A stretch of 64,000 nucleotides of DNA from Flavobacteriales bacterium (GTDB lineage Bacteria; Bacteroidota; Bacteroidia; UBA10329). Numbering within the stretch: position 1 is the first letter of the stretch; each line of letters begins with the position of its first letter. Under the pieces are notes generated by a model. It had not been told where the DNA came from and ran no database searches. It saw only the letters and a program-made list of their open reading frames with translations. The stretch spans positions 734-64,733 of the forward strand of contig JAIPBJ010000008.1 of the NCBI GenBank assembly GCA_021739625.1, in the 5' to 3' direction. The position numbers were made by a program, and so were the translations under genes. Below, in pieces: positions 9,560-18,427 of this stretch.

Positions 9560-9652
9560 ATGCCTTGCGGAAAGAAGCGTAAAAGACATAAGATGGCCAC
9601 TCACAAGCGCAAGAAGCGTTTGAGAAAGAACCGTCACAAGAAGAAGAAGTAA
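9560..9652 (+). CDS. 30-aa highly basic micro-protein, bS22 / AURKAIP1-COX24-like (not in the ORF track)
   Basis: An ATG at 9560 and a TAA at 9650-9652 enclose MPCGKKRKRHKMATHKRKKRLRKNRHKKKK. From memory, this sequence type is conserved in Bacteroidota. Confidence 0.6.
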   Translation: MPCGKKRKRHKMATHKRKKRLRKNRHKKKK

Positions 9653-9713
9653 TCGACCTTTGAGATAAGGTTCTCAGTCCGCCTTGTCGCGGCACTGCCA
9701 TCACGATGTAAAA

Positions 9714-9739
9714 TCGGCTCCCCCTCGGGGGAGCCGATA
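9714..9739 (+). terminator. Perfect 11-bp stem with a 4-nt loop, downstream of the micro-ORF
   Basis: The hairpin is ATCGGCTCCCC-CTCG-GGGGAGCCGAT. It has no clear T-tract, so it could instead belong to the rng leader. Confidence 0.4.
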
Positions 9740-9788
9740 CCTTGCTGTACGCTCGTGCGCGGCCTGGCGGAAATAAAAACCGCTACCC

Positions 9789-11369
9789 GTGAATTACGAA
9801 CTCGCAATCTCATCTCAACCTAACAGGGTCGATATCGCCCTCCTGCAGGACAGGCAGCTCATCGAGCTGCATCAGGAGACCGGTGATTCAGGCTTTCAGG
9901 TCGGTGACCTCTATTTCGGCCGCATCCAGAAGGTGATGCCCGGCCTCAATGCCGCGTTCATCAACGTAGGCTTTTCCAAGGATGGCTTTCTGCACTACCT
10001 CGACCTCGGTCCCAAGGTGCAGTCGCTCATGCGATTTGTTGACCTGACCCGTAGCGGAAAGGTCAAATCGCCCATGCTCGACCGTTTCCGTCTGGAAGCG
10101 GAAATTGACAAGGGCGGCAAGATCGGTGATGTGATGAAACAGGGGCGCGAGATCCTGGTGCAGGTGGCCAAGGAGCCCATCAGCACCAAGGGGCCGCGAC
10201 TCACCACCGACCTCTCGCTCGCAGGGCGCTACATGGTGCTCGTGCCATTCGGAGAGAAGGTGTCCGTGTCTCAGAAGATCAGAGAGAACGAGGAGAAGAA
10301 ACGCCTCAAGGACCTCTTTGACAAGATAAAGCCCGGAGGATTCGGACTGATCATACGCACCGCTGCCGAAGGCAAGAAGGTGGAGGATCTGGAGTCTGAT
10401 CTTAATGAGCTGGTGAAACGGTGGTCTGACATGATCACTGAGGTGCGCAAGGCGCAGGCACCCAGCCGTGTGATGGGCGAACTGAGCCGCACGTCCTCCA
10501 TTGTGCGCGACATGCTGAGTCAGGAGTTCTCCAACATCATTGTGGACACGATGGAGGTGTATCAGGAGATTCATGACTATCTCTCGCTGTCCTCGCCCGA
10601 TAAGCTCAAGCTCCTCAAATTGTACAAGGGCAAGGACCCCCTGTTCGAGGCCATGGGACTGAACCGGCAGATCAAAGCCTCGTTCGGCAAGAATGTGACT
10701 TACAACAGCGGTTCCTATCTTGTGATTGAGCACACCGAAGCGCTGCACGTCATTGATGTGAACAGTGGCCCACGCACCAATGCAGCGCACGATCAGGAGA
10801 CCAATGCATTGGAGTGCAATCTGGGTGCAGCCAAGGAGATCGCCCGTCAACTGCGGCTGCGCGACATGGGCGGGATCATCGTGGTGGACTTCATTGACCT
10901 GCATAAGCCTGAGAACCGCAAGCTGCTCTTCAACACGTTGAAGGATGAGATGAGTACAGACAGGGCCAAGCACAATATCCTGCCGCCCTCAAAGTTCGGA
11001 CTGATACAGATCACCCGTCAGCGTGTGCGGCCCGAAATGGACATCAAGACCCGCGAGAAGTGCCCCACATGCAACGGTACGGGCGAGATCGAGGCCAGCA
11101 TCCTGTTCGATGAGGAATTGGAAAGCAGTGTGCGCTATGTGTTCGAACATCAGAACGAGAAGTCCATCACCTTGCGGGTACACCCCTACATGGGCGGATA
11201 CCTCACCAAGGGCGAATTTGAGATGCTCGGATTCAAGATGGGCGAGTCGGTGCGGAAGAAGTGGAGCGCCAAATACGGAAAGAAAATAGAAGTCGAAACT
11301 TCAACGGCCTACACCATGATGGAGTATCACATGTTCGATCCCAATGGCGAGGAGATTCGACTTGACTGA
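9789..11369 (+). CDS. rng: Ribonuclease E/G family (RNase G-like)
   Basis: The start is a GTG. The protein has an S1-like N-terminal region (GDLYFGRIQKVMPGLNAAFINVG), a catalytic core (HVIDVNSG, GGIIVVDFID) and a CPxCxG zinc link. Confidence 0.9.
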   Translation: MNYELAISSQPNRVDIALLQDRQLIELHQETGDSGFQVGDLYFGRIQKVMPGLNAAFINVGFSKDGFLHYLDLGPKVQSLMRFVDLTRSGKVKSPMLDRFRLEAEIDKGGKIGDVMKQGREILVQVAKEPISTKGPRLTTDLSLAGRYMVLVPFGEKVSVSQKIRENEEKKRLKDLFDKIKPGGFGLIIRTAAEGKKVEDLESDLNELVKRWSDMITEVRKAQAPSRVMGELSRTSSIVRDMLSQEFSNIIVDTMEVYQEIHDYLSLSSPDKLKLLKLYKGKDPLFEAMGLNRQIKASFGKNVTYNSGSYLVIEHTEALHVIDVNSGPRTNAAHDQETNALECNLGAAKEIARQLRLRDMGGIIVVDFIDLHKPENRKLLFNTLKDEMSTDRAKHNILPPSKFGLIQITRQRVRPEMDIKTREKCPTCNGTGEIEASILFDEELESSVRYVFEHQNEKSITLRVHPYMGGYLTKGEFEMLGFKMGESVRKKWSAKYGKKIEVETSTAYTMMEYHMFDPNGEEIRLD

Positions 11370-12063
11370 ACCCGATCTGTCCAAGAAGCTGGCACGCTTT
11401 GCGGAGGTGGCAGCGCTTGACAATTGCGTGGAGGTGCCCAATGGGCACGTCATCAAAGATTTCGGGCTGCGCGGAAAGTGGGCCAGCGATCATTTTGGCA
11501 ACGACTGGCCCATCACCCTTGAACTGGCCTGTGGCAAAGGCGAGTACTCGCTGGGGCAGGCACGGCTCTTCCCCGACCGCAACTTTATCGGGGTGGATAT
11601 CAAGGGCAATCGCATCTGGAGGGGTGCCACAGAGGCCAAGCGCGATGGGCTGACCAATGTGGCCTACCTGCGTACTCGCATCGACTTCATCGACAGGCTT
11701 TTCGGCCCGGAGGAAGTGTCCGAGATATGGGTCATCTTTCCCGACCCACAGCCGCAGAAGGACCGAAAGAAACTTACCTCACCCTTGTTCCTCGACCGCT
11801 ATCGTCAGCTGTTGAAGCAGGGCGGGACAGTGAACCTGAAGACCGACAACTATCCTCTTTGGGAGTTCACTATGGAAGTCATCGCGGAGCAGAAACTGAC
11901 GGTCCTCGGCCAGAGCACCGATCTCTATGCCGACCTGGACAGCAAGGCTTCGCCATATCTCAATGAGCGGGAGGACATCCTGCGCATCCGCACCTACTAC
12001 GAGGGCCTTTGGTTGAAGGAGGGACGGAAGATCAATTTCGTTTCGTTCACTTTGCAGAGTTAA
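11344..12063 (+). CDS. trmB: tRNA (guanine-N7)-methyltransferase
   Basis: The sequence LELACGKGEYSL...IWVIFPDPQPQK...NLKTDN contains TrmB signature motifs. The start is uncertain, because the ATG at 11344 overlaps rng by 26 nt. Confidence 0.85.
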   Translation: MARRFDLTEPDLSKKLARFAEVAALDNCVEVPNGHVIKDFGLRGKWASDHFGNDWPITLELACGKGEYSLGQARLFPDRNFIGVDIKGNRIWRGATEAKRDGLTNVAYLRTRIDFIDRLFGPEEVSEIWVIFPDPQPQKDRKKLTSPLFLDRYRQLLKQGGTVNLKTDNYPLWEFTMEVIAEQKLTVLGQSTDLYADLDSKASPYLNEREDILRIRTYYEGLWLKEGRKINFVSFTLQS

Positions 12064-12154
12064 GGGCTGCAATCGTTGGTAGGATACGTATTGCCGATCT
12101 GTCGGTGCACAGAGTGCCCGTAGGAAGTGGAACTTTCGGTTCGTTGTGTGACAT

Positions 12155-12191
12155 GAGTAACCTGAGTGGCATCTGCTCTGCACGACCTTTG
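12155..12191 (+). promoter_or_regulatory. Promoter-like motif GAGTAAC-N24-CCTTTG upstream of the MBL-rhodanese gene
   Basis: GTAAC is at 12157-12161 and CCTTTG at 12186-12191, with the ATG 24 nt downstream. This is one of four copies of the motif in the window. Confidence 0.45.
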
Positions 12192-12214
12192 CACCTCAAA
12201 TCAAACAGAAAGGG

Positions 12215-13642
12215 ATGAACATAGAACAGATATACACGGGATGCCTGGCCCAAGGGGCCTATTACATCACCAGCAACGGTGAGGCCGCCATCATTGACCC
12301 GCTTCGGGAGGTGCAGCCTTACCTCGACCGTCTGGAGCGTGACGGAGTGAAACTGAAGTACATCTTCGAGACGCACTTCCATGCCGATTTCGTCTCTGGT
12401 CACCTGGACCTCAGCCGGGCCACAGGCGCGCCCATCGTTTTCGGTCCCACGGCCCAGCCGGGTTTCGAAAGCATCGTGGCCAAGGATGGACAGATCTTTC
12501 AACTGGGCGAAGAGCGTGTAAAAGTGCTGCACACGCCTGGGCACACCATGGAAAGCGCCACATTCCTGCTCATCGGCAAGGACGGCAGTGACCACGCGAT
12601 CTTCAGTGGAGACACACTCTTCATTGGCGATGTGGGCCGGCCCGACCTCGCACAGAAGGCCGCCAACATGACTCAGGAGCAGCTGGCAGCAACCCTGTTC
12701 CATTCTCTCCGCGACAAGATCATGACCCTTGCCGATGATGTCATCGTCTATCCCGCCCACGGTGCAGGCAGCGCATGTGGAAAGAACATGAGCAAGGAGA
12801 CCGTGAGCACTGTTGGAGAACAGAAGCGCAGCAACTATGCCCTGCGTGCAGATATGACCGAGGCCGAGTTTGTGAAGGAGGTGACCGATGGGCTGCTCCC
12901 GCCTCCCGGCTATTTCGGAATGAACGTGGCCATGAACAAACAGGGTTACGACAGCTTTGCCCAAGTGCTGAGCAATGGTATGAAAGCCCTCTCGGCCGAT
13001 GATTTCGAGACTGTGGCCGAGGCTTCGGGGGCGCTGATCCTGGACACCCGTGCCGCTGGTGATTTTGCCAAGGGATTCATCCCACAATCTGTGAACATTG
13101 GGCTCAAAGGCGATTTTGCCCCGTGGGTAGGAGCGCTCATCGTAGATGTGAGACAGCCGCTGCTTCTGGTCTGCGACCCTGGAACAGAGGAAGAGGCCAT
13201 CACCCGCCTGAGCCGCGTGGGTTTCGACCACGTACTTGGCCACATTGCAGGCGGTTTCGCGTCATGGCCGGCCGCAGGAAAGGAAGTGGACACCGTGAAC
13301 CGCATCACTGCCGAAGAATTCGCACAGCGATTCAAGCCCAGCGAAAGCAAGGTCATTGATATACGAAAAGAGAGCGAGTATGCTGCCGAGCATGTAAAGG
13401 ATGCCTACAGCTGGCCTTTGGCCTATATCAACAGTTGGATGAAGGACATCGACCCTGAGGAGCATTTCTTCCTGCACTGCGCAGGTGGATACCGTAGCAT
13501 GGCCGCAGCCAGCATTCTGCAAGCGCGAGGCTTCAGGAATTTCACTGAGGTGGAGGGAGGCTTCAGCGTCATTGCCAAGCAGAGCGAGGTGCCGTGCACC
13601 GACTTTGTATGTCAGACCAAGGCTTTCAGCGCAGGCAAATGA
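12215..13642 (+). CDS. MBL-fold metallo-hydrolase (persulfide dioxygenase-like) fused to two rhodanese domains
   Basis: The protein has the HFHADFVSG metal motif, TPGHT, and a C-terminal rhodanese domain with an active-site loop (HCAGGYRS). Confidence 0.85.
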   Translation: MNIEQIYTGCLAQGAYYITSNGEAAIIDPLREVQPYLDRLERDGVKLKYIFETHFHADFVSGHLDLSRATGAPIVFGPTAQPGFESIVAKDGQIFQLGEERVKVLHTPGHTMESATFLLIGKDGSDHAIFSGDTLFIGDVGRPDLAQKAANMTQEQLAATLFHSLRDKIMTLADDVIVYPAHGAGSACGKNMSKETVSTVGEQKRSNYALRADMTEAEFVKEVTDGLLPPPGYFGMNVAMNKQGYDSFAQVLSNGMKALSADDFETVAEASGALILDTRAAGDFAKGFIPQSVNIGLKGDFAPWVGALIVDVRQPLLLVCDPGTEEEAITRLSRVGFDHVLGHIAGGFASWPAAGKEVDTVNRITAEEFAQRFKPSESKVIDIRKESEYAAEHVKDAYSWPLAYINSWMKDIDPEEHFFLHCAGGYRSMAAASILQARGFRNFTEVEGGFSVIAKQSEVPCTDFVCQTKAFSAGK

Positions 13643-13712
13643 AGTCTGCCATTGTCGGCCAGGGTCTGTCCGGCCCGGGCAAAAGCCCTTCCTTTGCGGC
13701 TGATTGCAATCC

Positions 13713-14285
13713 ATGAACCTGATAGAGGACTTCAGGGGCCCTTGGCCTTGGTATGTGGCCGGCCCTCTCATAGGCCTTGCCATTCCGGCATTGCTCATCA
13801 TGGGCAACAAGGCGTTCGGCATAAGCTCATCGCTGCGGCATGTGTGTGCGGCCTGCATTCCTGCCAAAGTCCCATACTTCAGCTATGATTGGCGCAAGGA
13901 AGTGTGGAATCTATTCTTTGTGGCAGGGGTGCTTTTGGGCGGGCTGATCGCAGGAACGCTGCTCGCAGACCCCGACCCGGTGCAGATCGCCCCCTCCTTG
14001 GCCGCATATCTGGCGCAGTTCGGGGTGACCGACCTGAGCGAAATGGTGCCATTGGACCTTTTCAACTGGGAAAGTCTGCTCACATTGCGTGGTCTTCTGC
14101 TCATTGTGGTGGGCGGTTTCCTGGTCGGCTTCGGAACGCGCTATGCGGGAGGTTGCACCAGCGGCCATTCCATCATGGGGCTGGCCACCCTGCAATGGCC
14201 TTCGCTGGTCGCCACCATTGCCTTCATGGTGGGAGGGTTCGCGATGACCAACCTCATACTGCCATTCATCTTGAATTTGAAGTGA
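13713..14285 (+). CDS. YeeE/YedE-family sulfur-compound transporter-like membrane protein (first half)
   Basis: The translation starts MNLIEDFRGPWPWYVAGPLIG and contains the conserved GGCTSGH motif. I preferred the ATG at 13713 over the TTG at 13704. Confidence 0.8.
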   Translation: MNLIEDFRGPWPWYVAGPLIGLAIPALLIMGNKAFGISSSLRHVCAACIPAKVPYFSYDWRKEVWNLFFVAGVLLGGLIAGTLLADPDPVQIAPSLAAYLAQFGVTDLSEMVPLDLFNWESLLTLRGLLLIVVGGFLVGFGTRYAGGCTSGHSIMGLATLQWPSLVATIAFMVGGFAMTNLILPFILNLK

Positions 14286-14794
14286 TGGGCAAGGCCGACA
14301 GAGTTTCAATGGTGAACACCGATTCTGAGGTTCGCTCGCTGGACGAGATGAGCGTGAACGAAAGCAGACTGAGGCACAACTGGTATCACAACCTGAAGTA
14401 TGTGGCCGCTGGCATCATCTTCGGCATTGTGCTGGTGAAGGCCGAGATCATCAGCTGGTTCCGCATTCAAGAGATGTTCCGGTTCGAATCGTTTCACATG
14501 TATGGGGTCATCGGAAGCGCGGTGGCAGTGGGTGCGCTCTCTGTCCTTGCGATCAAAGTGCTTGGCATCCGCACCATCTATGGAGAGGAGATCACCTTCC
14601 ATCCCCGCCCGTTCAGCAAAGGGCAGGTGTACGGGGGGTTGCTGTTCGGTCTCGGCTGGGCCATGACAGGCGCCTGTCCCGGGCCATTGTATGCACAGAT
14701 CGGAGCAGGGGCCACTGTGACCGTCATCACTGTGCTTTCGGCCATCTGCGGCACTTATGTGTATGGATTGCTGAGGGAGAGACTGCCACATTGA
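14285..14794 (+). CDS. YeeE/YedE-family membrane protein (second half)
   Basis: The start forms an ATGA overlap with the preceding stop. The sequence VKAEIISWFRIQEMFRF...GWAMTGACPG is typical of the partner protein. The true start could be a downstream Met. Confidence 0.75.
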   Translation: MGKADRVSMVNTDSEVRSLDEMSVNESRLRHNWYHNLKYVAAGIIFGIVLVKAEIISWFRIQEMFRFESFHMYGVIGSAVAVGALSVLAIKVLGIRTIYGEEITFHPRPFSKGQVYGGLLFGLGWAMTGACPGPLYAQIGAGATVTVITVLSAICGTYVYGLLRERLPH

Positions 14795-14837
14795 AATGCG
14801 TTCCGTATCAACGCAAGGCACTGCGGCTTTGAATTGA

Positions 14838-14845
14838 TACATTTG
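14838..14845 (+). promoter_or_regulatory. Bacteroidota -7 box TAcaTTTG
   Basis: There is an exact TAnnTTTG match 25 nt upstream of the ATG at 14870. Confidence 0.5.
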
Positions 14846-14869
14846 CCTGAGTTCAACAACTACAGGACA

Positions 14870-15718
14870 ATGCACATCCCCACGTTACGCATTCTTTTTA
14901 TGGCTTTCGGTCTCGGCATGATTGCCGCCTGCACCCCTGCCGACCAATCCAACGTGCCTGCAACGGGCGATGATTCCACGACACAGGAAGACCTCGACCT
15001 CACTGCGGCCGACAACATGATCAGGCAGATGCCATCGCCCATCGAAATGGCCATTCTTGTGAAACACTCCGGGGGCGAATACAACGCCTCGCTGCTCAAT
15101 CCCATCCAGAACATCGACCGCTATGCCACCACAGGCAAGAAGACCTTGAACATGGGCGTTTACAGTGCCGATGTCGGCTACACCAGCCTCTATAAGCAGA
15201 CGCAGGAGACGGTGTTTTATCTGAACAACATCCGCAAACTGTCAGATGCCATCGGTCTTTCGGATGCTTTCGACAAATCGGTCTTTGAGCGCGTGGAGGC
15301 CAACATAGAGCACCGCGATTCGCTGTTGCACATCCTCAGCGGTGCCTACGACATCAGCAATGATTACCTGAAGAACAACGACCGCATGAACACTTCGCTG
15401 CTTATGCTGGGCGGAGGATGGATAGAGACCATGTATCTGGCCTCCAATCTGGGCGAGGCGGGCGGAAGGCCCGGACCGGAGATCGCAAGCCGCGTGGCCC
15501 AGCAGGATGTGGTGCTCCGCAAGATCATCGCCACCATGCGCATGATCCCTGAAGATTCGCTGGTGGCCGAATTCGCCACAAAATTGGATGCACTGTCAAA
15601 GGTGCTTGTGGCGAAAGAACTGGTTCTGGGCACCGAAGAGGCCCCCAAGGTGGACAACGCCAAGATGGAGAAGGTGTATGTGCTCATTGACGAGATCCGT
15701 GCCTGGGTGGTGGCCTGA
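14870..15718 (+). CDS. Hypothetical lipoprotein
   Basis: MHIPTLRILFMAFGLGMIAAC is a signal peptide with a lipobox. The rest is helical, and I do not recognise a family. Confidence 0.7.
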   Translation: MHIPTLRILFMAFGLGMIAACTPADQSNVPATGDDSTTQEDLDLTAADNMIRQMPSPIEMAILVKHSGGEYNASLLNPIQNIDRYATTGKKTLNMGVYSADVGYTSLYKQTQETVFYLNNIRKLSDAIGLSDAFDKSVFERVEANIEHRDSLLHILSGAYDISNDYLKNNDRMNTSLLMLGGGWIETMYLASNLGEAGGRPGPEIASRVAQQDVVLRKIIATMRMIPEDSLVAEFATKLDALSKVLVAKELVLGTEEAPKVDNAKMEKVYVLIDEIRAWVVA

Positions 15719-15738
15719 AGGCTGCTGCTTTGCAGACC

Positions 15739-17346
15739 ATGCGCCCCGCAGTACACATATTCCTGATGTTCCTGTTGTCGGGACAGGCATCAGCGCAAGT
15801 GTTCGACTGGGCCATGGAGGCGGGCGGACTGGGGCTTGATGCGGGCCGGGCAGTATGCACCGACCCCGATGGCAATGTGATCATGGTGGGTTCCTATTCC
15901 GGTGTCGCCCAGTTTGGCGATACGACCCTTGTGGGCCTTGGCGGGCCCGATGCTTTCATCGGCAAATACACCTCAGAAGGCGACCTCCTGTGGATGCAGA
16001 CCGTGCGTGGGCCGTCAGAAGACCTGGCGAGAGGCGTGACCACCGACCACGAAGGCAACATCCTCGTAACAGGCCATTTCACCCATTCAGCCTATTTCAT
16101 CCTTACGGAGGCCGACACGGTAGAGCTGCTATCGGCAGGGAAGAAGGACGTGTTCATCGCCAAGTATGCGCCCGATGGACAATTGATCTGGGCCGAGCGG
16201 GCAGGTGGCCCTGAGGACGATACGGGCACCGACATCAAATGGCACCGATATGAAGGGAAACTCGCCATTTCGGGCGGGTTTCAGGGCCGTGCCACATTTG
16301 CGAATGTATCCATGCTGGCCATCGGTCTCACAGATGCGTTCCTCCTCTGCATGGACGGCAACGGCACTTCGCTCTGGGTGAGGAATGGGGGAGGCCCTCA
16401 GCACGATGTGGCCGCCAGTGTGGCATTCGACCCCTATGGTGCGGGCATCTACATCACGGGCGACTACTATGCCAGCGCCAATTTCTCGGGAACCACCATC
16501 TATGCCACAGGCAGTTCCGATGTTTTCCTTGCACGCTTCGATCTGCAGGGCAACCTGCAATGGGTCAGAAGCCAAGGAGGTGCGAATCTGGACGTGGCCA
16601 CCAAGGTCGATTGCGACCTGCAAGGGAACGTCCTCGTGGCGGGCCACTACCAGATGACCACCGTGTTCGGGCCGTTCAGTGCCACGGCACGGGGCTACAA
16701 TGATGTGTTCCTTGCCAAGTTCAACGGGGCCGATGGGAGTCCGGTGTGGCTGCGCAGCATGGGAGGCACCGACCTCGAGACCTGTCAGGGACTTTTGGTG
16801 GACTGGGACGGCACGGCCTACGTCACGGGCATGTTCGACACGCGGCTCATCTCCGCGCAGGACACCTTGTTCGGAAACGGCTACGACATCTTTATCGCCT
16901 GCCTCGAACCCTCGGGCCACACTCGCTATCTGAAAGGAGCAGGGGCGGGCAGCGCAGACATTCCCATGGCCATCTGTTTCGGTCCCGACCAGAGCCTGTT
17001 CGTCACCGGATTCTTCTACTTCTTTGCCGCTTTTGACGGCATCACCATTGGCAACGCACTCAATGGTGACATCTTTCTGGCGCGCCTCACCGACATTGTC
17101 GGAGTGGAGGAGGCCCACATCGCCCCGACCTTGTCCTGCGGTCGTTACGACCCTGTGCAACAGTCCGTGCGATTGAGTTGCGAACTCCGTGGCCCGTGGC
17201 AGGTCATCGATCTGTTGGGCAGAACGCTGCTCCAGGGCAATGCCACGCAGGCCGAGGTGCCGCTCCATGGTCTCCCGTCAGGCTATTTTCTCTTCACTGT
17301 CGATGACGGGCAACAGCGGGCGGTGGTGCCGTTCGTGGTGCGGTGA
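15739..17346 (+). CDS. Secreted beta-propeller (SBBP-like repeat) protein with a T9SS C-terminal sorting domain
   Basis: The signal peptide is MRPAVHIFLMFLLSGQASAQ. D.GN..V.G.F repeat units recur about every 50 aa, and the C-terminal ~80 aa end ...GYFLFTVDDGQQRAVVPFVVR. Confidence 0.75.
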   Translation: MRPAVHIFLMFLLSGQASAQVFDWAMEAGGLGLDAGRAVCTDPDGNVIMVGSYSGVAQFGDTTLVGLGGPDAFIGKYTSEGDLLWMQTVRGPSEDLARGVTTDHEGNILVTGHFTHSAYFILTEADTVELLSAGKKDVFIAKYAPDGQLIWAERAGGPEDDTGTDIKWHRYEGKLAISGGFQGRATFANVSMLAIGLTDAFLLCMDGNGTSLWVRNGGGPQHDVAASVAFDPYGAGIYITGDYYASANFSGTTIYATGSSDVFLARFDLQGNLQWVRSQGGANLDVATKVDCDLQGNVLVAGHYQMTTVFGPFSATARGYNDVFLAKFNGADGSPVWLRSMGGTDLETCQGLLVDWDGTAYVTGMFDTRLISAQDTLFGNGYDIFIACLEPSGHTRYLKGAGAGSADIPMAICFGPDQSLFVTGFFYFFAAFDGITIGNALNGDIFLARLTDIVGVEEAHIAPTLSCGRYDPVQQSVRLSCELRGPWQVIDLLGRTLLQGNATQAEVPLHGLPSGYFLFTVDDGQQRAVVPFVVR

Positions 17347-17356
17347 TCCAATTCGG

Positions 17357-17481
17357 GCTTTGTCAAATTTTCAAAGTTCGGCAAAGCTCACTCAGCAGCA
17401 GATTCCTTCTCAGTGCGGTTCCCGGCCACCATCTTCACATCGGACACATCCAGAACGATGTCGCTGAACTTGCTCACCTTG
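17357..17481. repeat. Direct repeat copy A: diverged duplicate of the clpB 3' end plus terminator hairpin
   Basis: The 125-bp segment aligns without gaps to 18428-18552, 1071 bp away. Confidence 0.85.
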
Positions 17482-17486
17482 GAGGA
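17388..17486 (-). pseudogene. clpB C-terminal remnant (32 codons plus stop)
   Basis: The minus-strand translation SSKVSKFSDIVLDVSDVKMVAGNRTEKESAAE* compares with the ClpB C-terminus [32 protein letters not shown]. An upstream in-frame TAA is at 17487-17489. Confidence 0.8.
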
Positions 17487-17505
17487 TTAGCCTAAAAGGA
17501 GCCTA

Positions 17506-18264
17506 TTATAGTAGTAGGAACAGCATTGAGAATATGGCAATGATGTAACCCAGACCCAGACTGAGTATGCCCAACGCCTTGAATCTGTACCGATCCCTGT
17601 GTTTGTATGTGTTTATGATACTGACCACCCCAAGGATAAGCGCAAGATGCCCAAGCAAACCGATGGCGACCAGCGGAATATAGCCCATAAGGAAAATAAG
17701 ACCTATCAGCGCAATGATGGCGAACACCAGACCGACAATGCCAAGAGCCTCAACCTTCCTACGTGGTGCGGAACCCTTGTCGTCTCGGCCATTGGCATAG
17801 ACCATTGAGGCCACCATGCTGCGTGGGATGCTTGAGGTAGGCCCCAGCCGCTGAAAACAATCTTTGTAGAACACCCTTCCCGACCTGACCTTGATGATTT
17901 CGCATATTTTCCGTTCGCCTGATTCAAGGATCAAAGTATCGCACTGGACCGAATCCGATAATGCAACTGGCGAAGGTTCTTTCCATATCGGTCGCTCAAT
18001 TGAGCTTCGCAGCAATGGTCGGACATGTAACGCGTCAGCAGCCAACTCCAGAGGTTCGGCCAGCGCGTCCGGCAAAGGGGTTGTTCCTTCCGTGGAAAGT
18101 GAAACACGTTGTGAAACGGAGCGTGAGCGTTGCAACGGTATTGATTCAGACTTTGTCCCGATGCGCTCAATGTGCAGTCCTGCAAGGTGACGTCTTGGTT
18201 GAACACTGCATGAACCCAACAGGGTCATGACCACCAGAACAATGGAATACCTCGCCAAATGCAT
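17506..18264 (-). CDS. Hypothetical lipoprotein with a C-terminal multi-TM (DUF4190-like) region
   Basis: The signal and lipobox are MHLARYSIVLVVMTLLGSC. The central CDTLILESGERKICEIIKVRSGRVFYKDC motif is common in Flavobacteriia hypotheticals. GC looks lower than in the neighbouring genes. Confidence 0.7.
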   Translation of the reverse strand: MHLARYSIVLVVMTLLGSCSVQPRRHLAGLHIERIGTKSESIPLQRSRSVSQRVSLSTEGTTPLPDALAEPLELAADALHVRPLLRSSIERPIWKEPSPVALSDSVQCDTLILESGERKICEIIKVRSGRVFYKDCFQRLGPTSSIPRSMVASMVYANGRDDKGSAPRRKVEALGIVGLVFAIIALIGLIFLMGYIPLVAIGLLGHLALILGVVSIINTYKHRDRYRFKALGILSLGLGYIIAIFSMLFLLL

Positions 18265-18269
18265 TGGGG

Positions 18270-18277
18270 CAAATGTA
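18270..18277 (-). promoter_or_regulatory. Bacteroidota -7 box TACATTTG, 5 nt upstream of the ATG at 18264 (a leaderless transcript is predicted)
   Basis: The plus strand reads caaatgta at 18270-18277, which is an exact TAnnTTTG match on the minus strand. Confidence 0.4.
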
Positions 18278-18380
18278 TGCAGGTGCGATCTGAATCTGCT
18301 GTTGGTGTGTTAACGGCTGCTCCTGAACAGGGGTAAAGCGTCATATCTGTCCTGCCACTGAGGAAGGTGAGAGGTACCCC

Positions 18381-18418
18381 GAAATGAAAACCCGCCCCAG
18401 ATTCCTCCGAGGCGGGTT
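18381..18418 (-). terminator. Intrinsic terminator downstream of clpB
   Basis: The stem is AACCCGCC/GGCGGGTT. On the minus strand it is followed by TTTTCATTTC. Confidence 0.6.
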
Positions 18419-18427
18419 CTCCATTCA

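Noticed and set aside
9888-10973. A 361-aa ORF antisense to rng
   Set aside because: It is an antisense shadow ORF. It is rich in His/Leu/Gln/Val with no motifs, whereas the sense frame has clear RNase E/G signatures.
12047-13243. A 398-aa ORF antisense to the MBL-rhodanese gene
   Set aside because: It is an antisense shadow with no recognisable domain, and it also runs across the trmB/MBL intergenic promoter region.
16129-17268. A 379-aa ORF antisense to the SBBP/T9SS protein gene
   Set aside because: It is an antisense shadow. The sense frame has a signal peptide, periodic propeller repeats and a T9SS tail.
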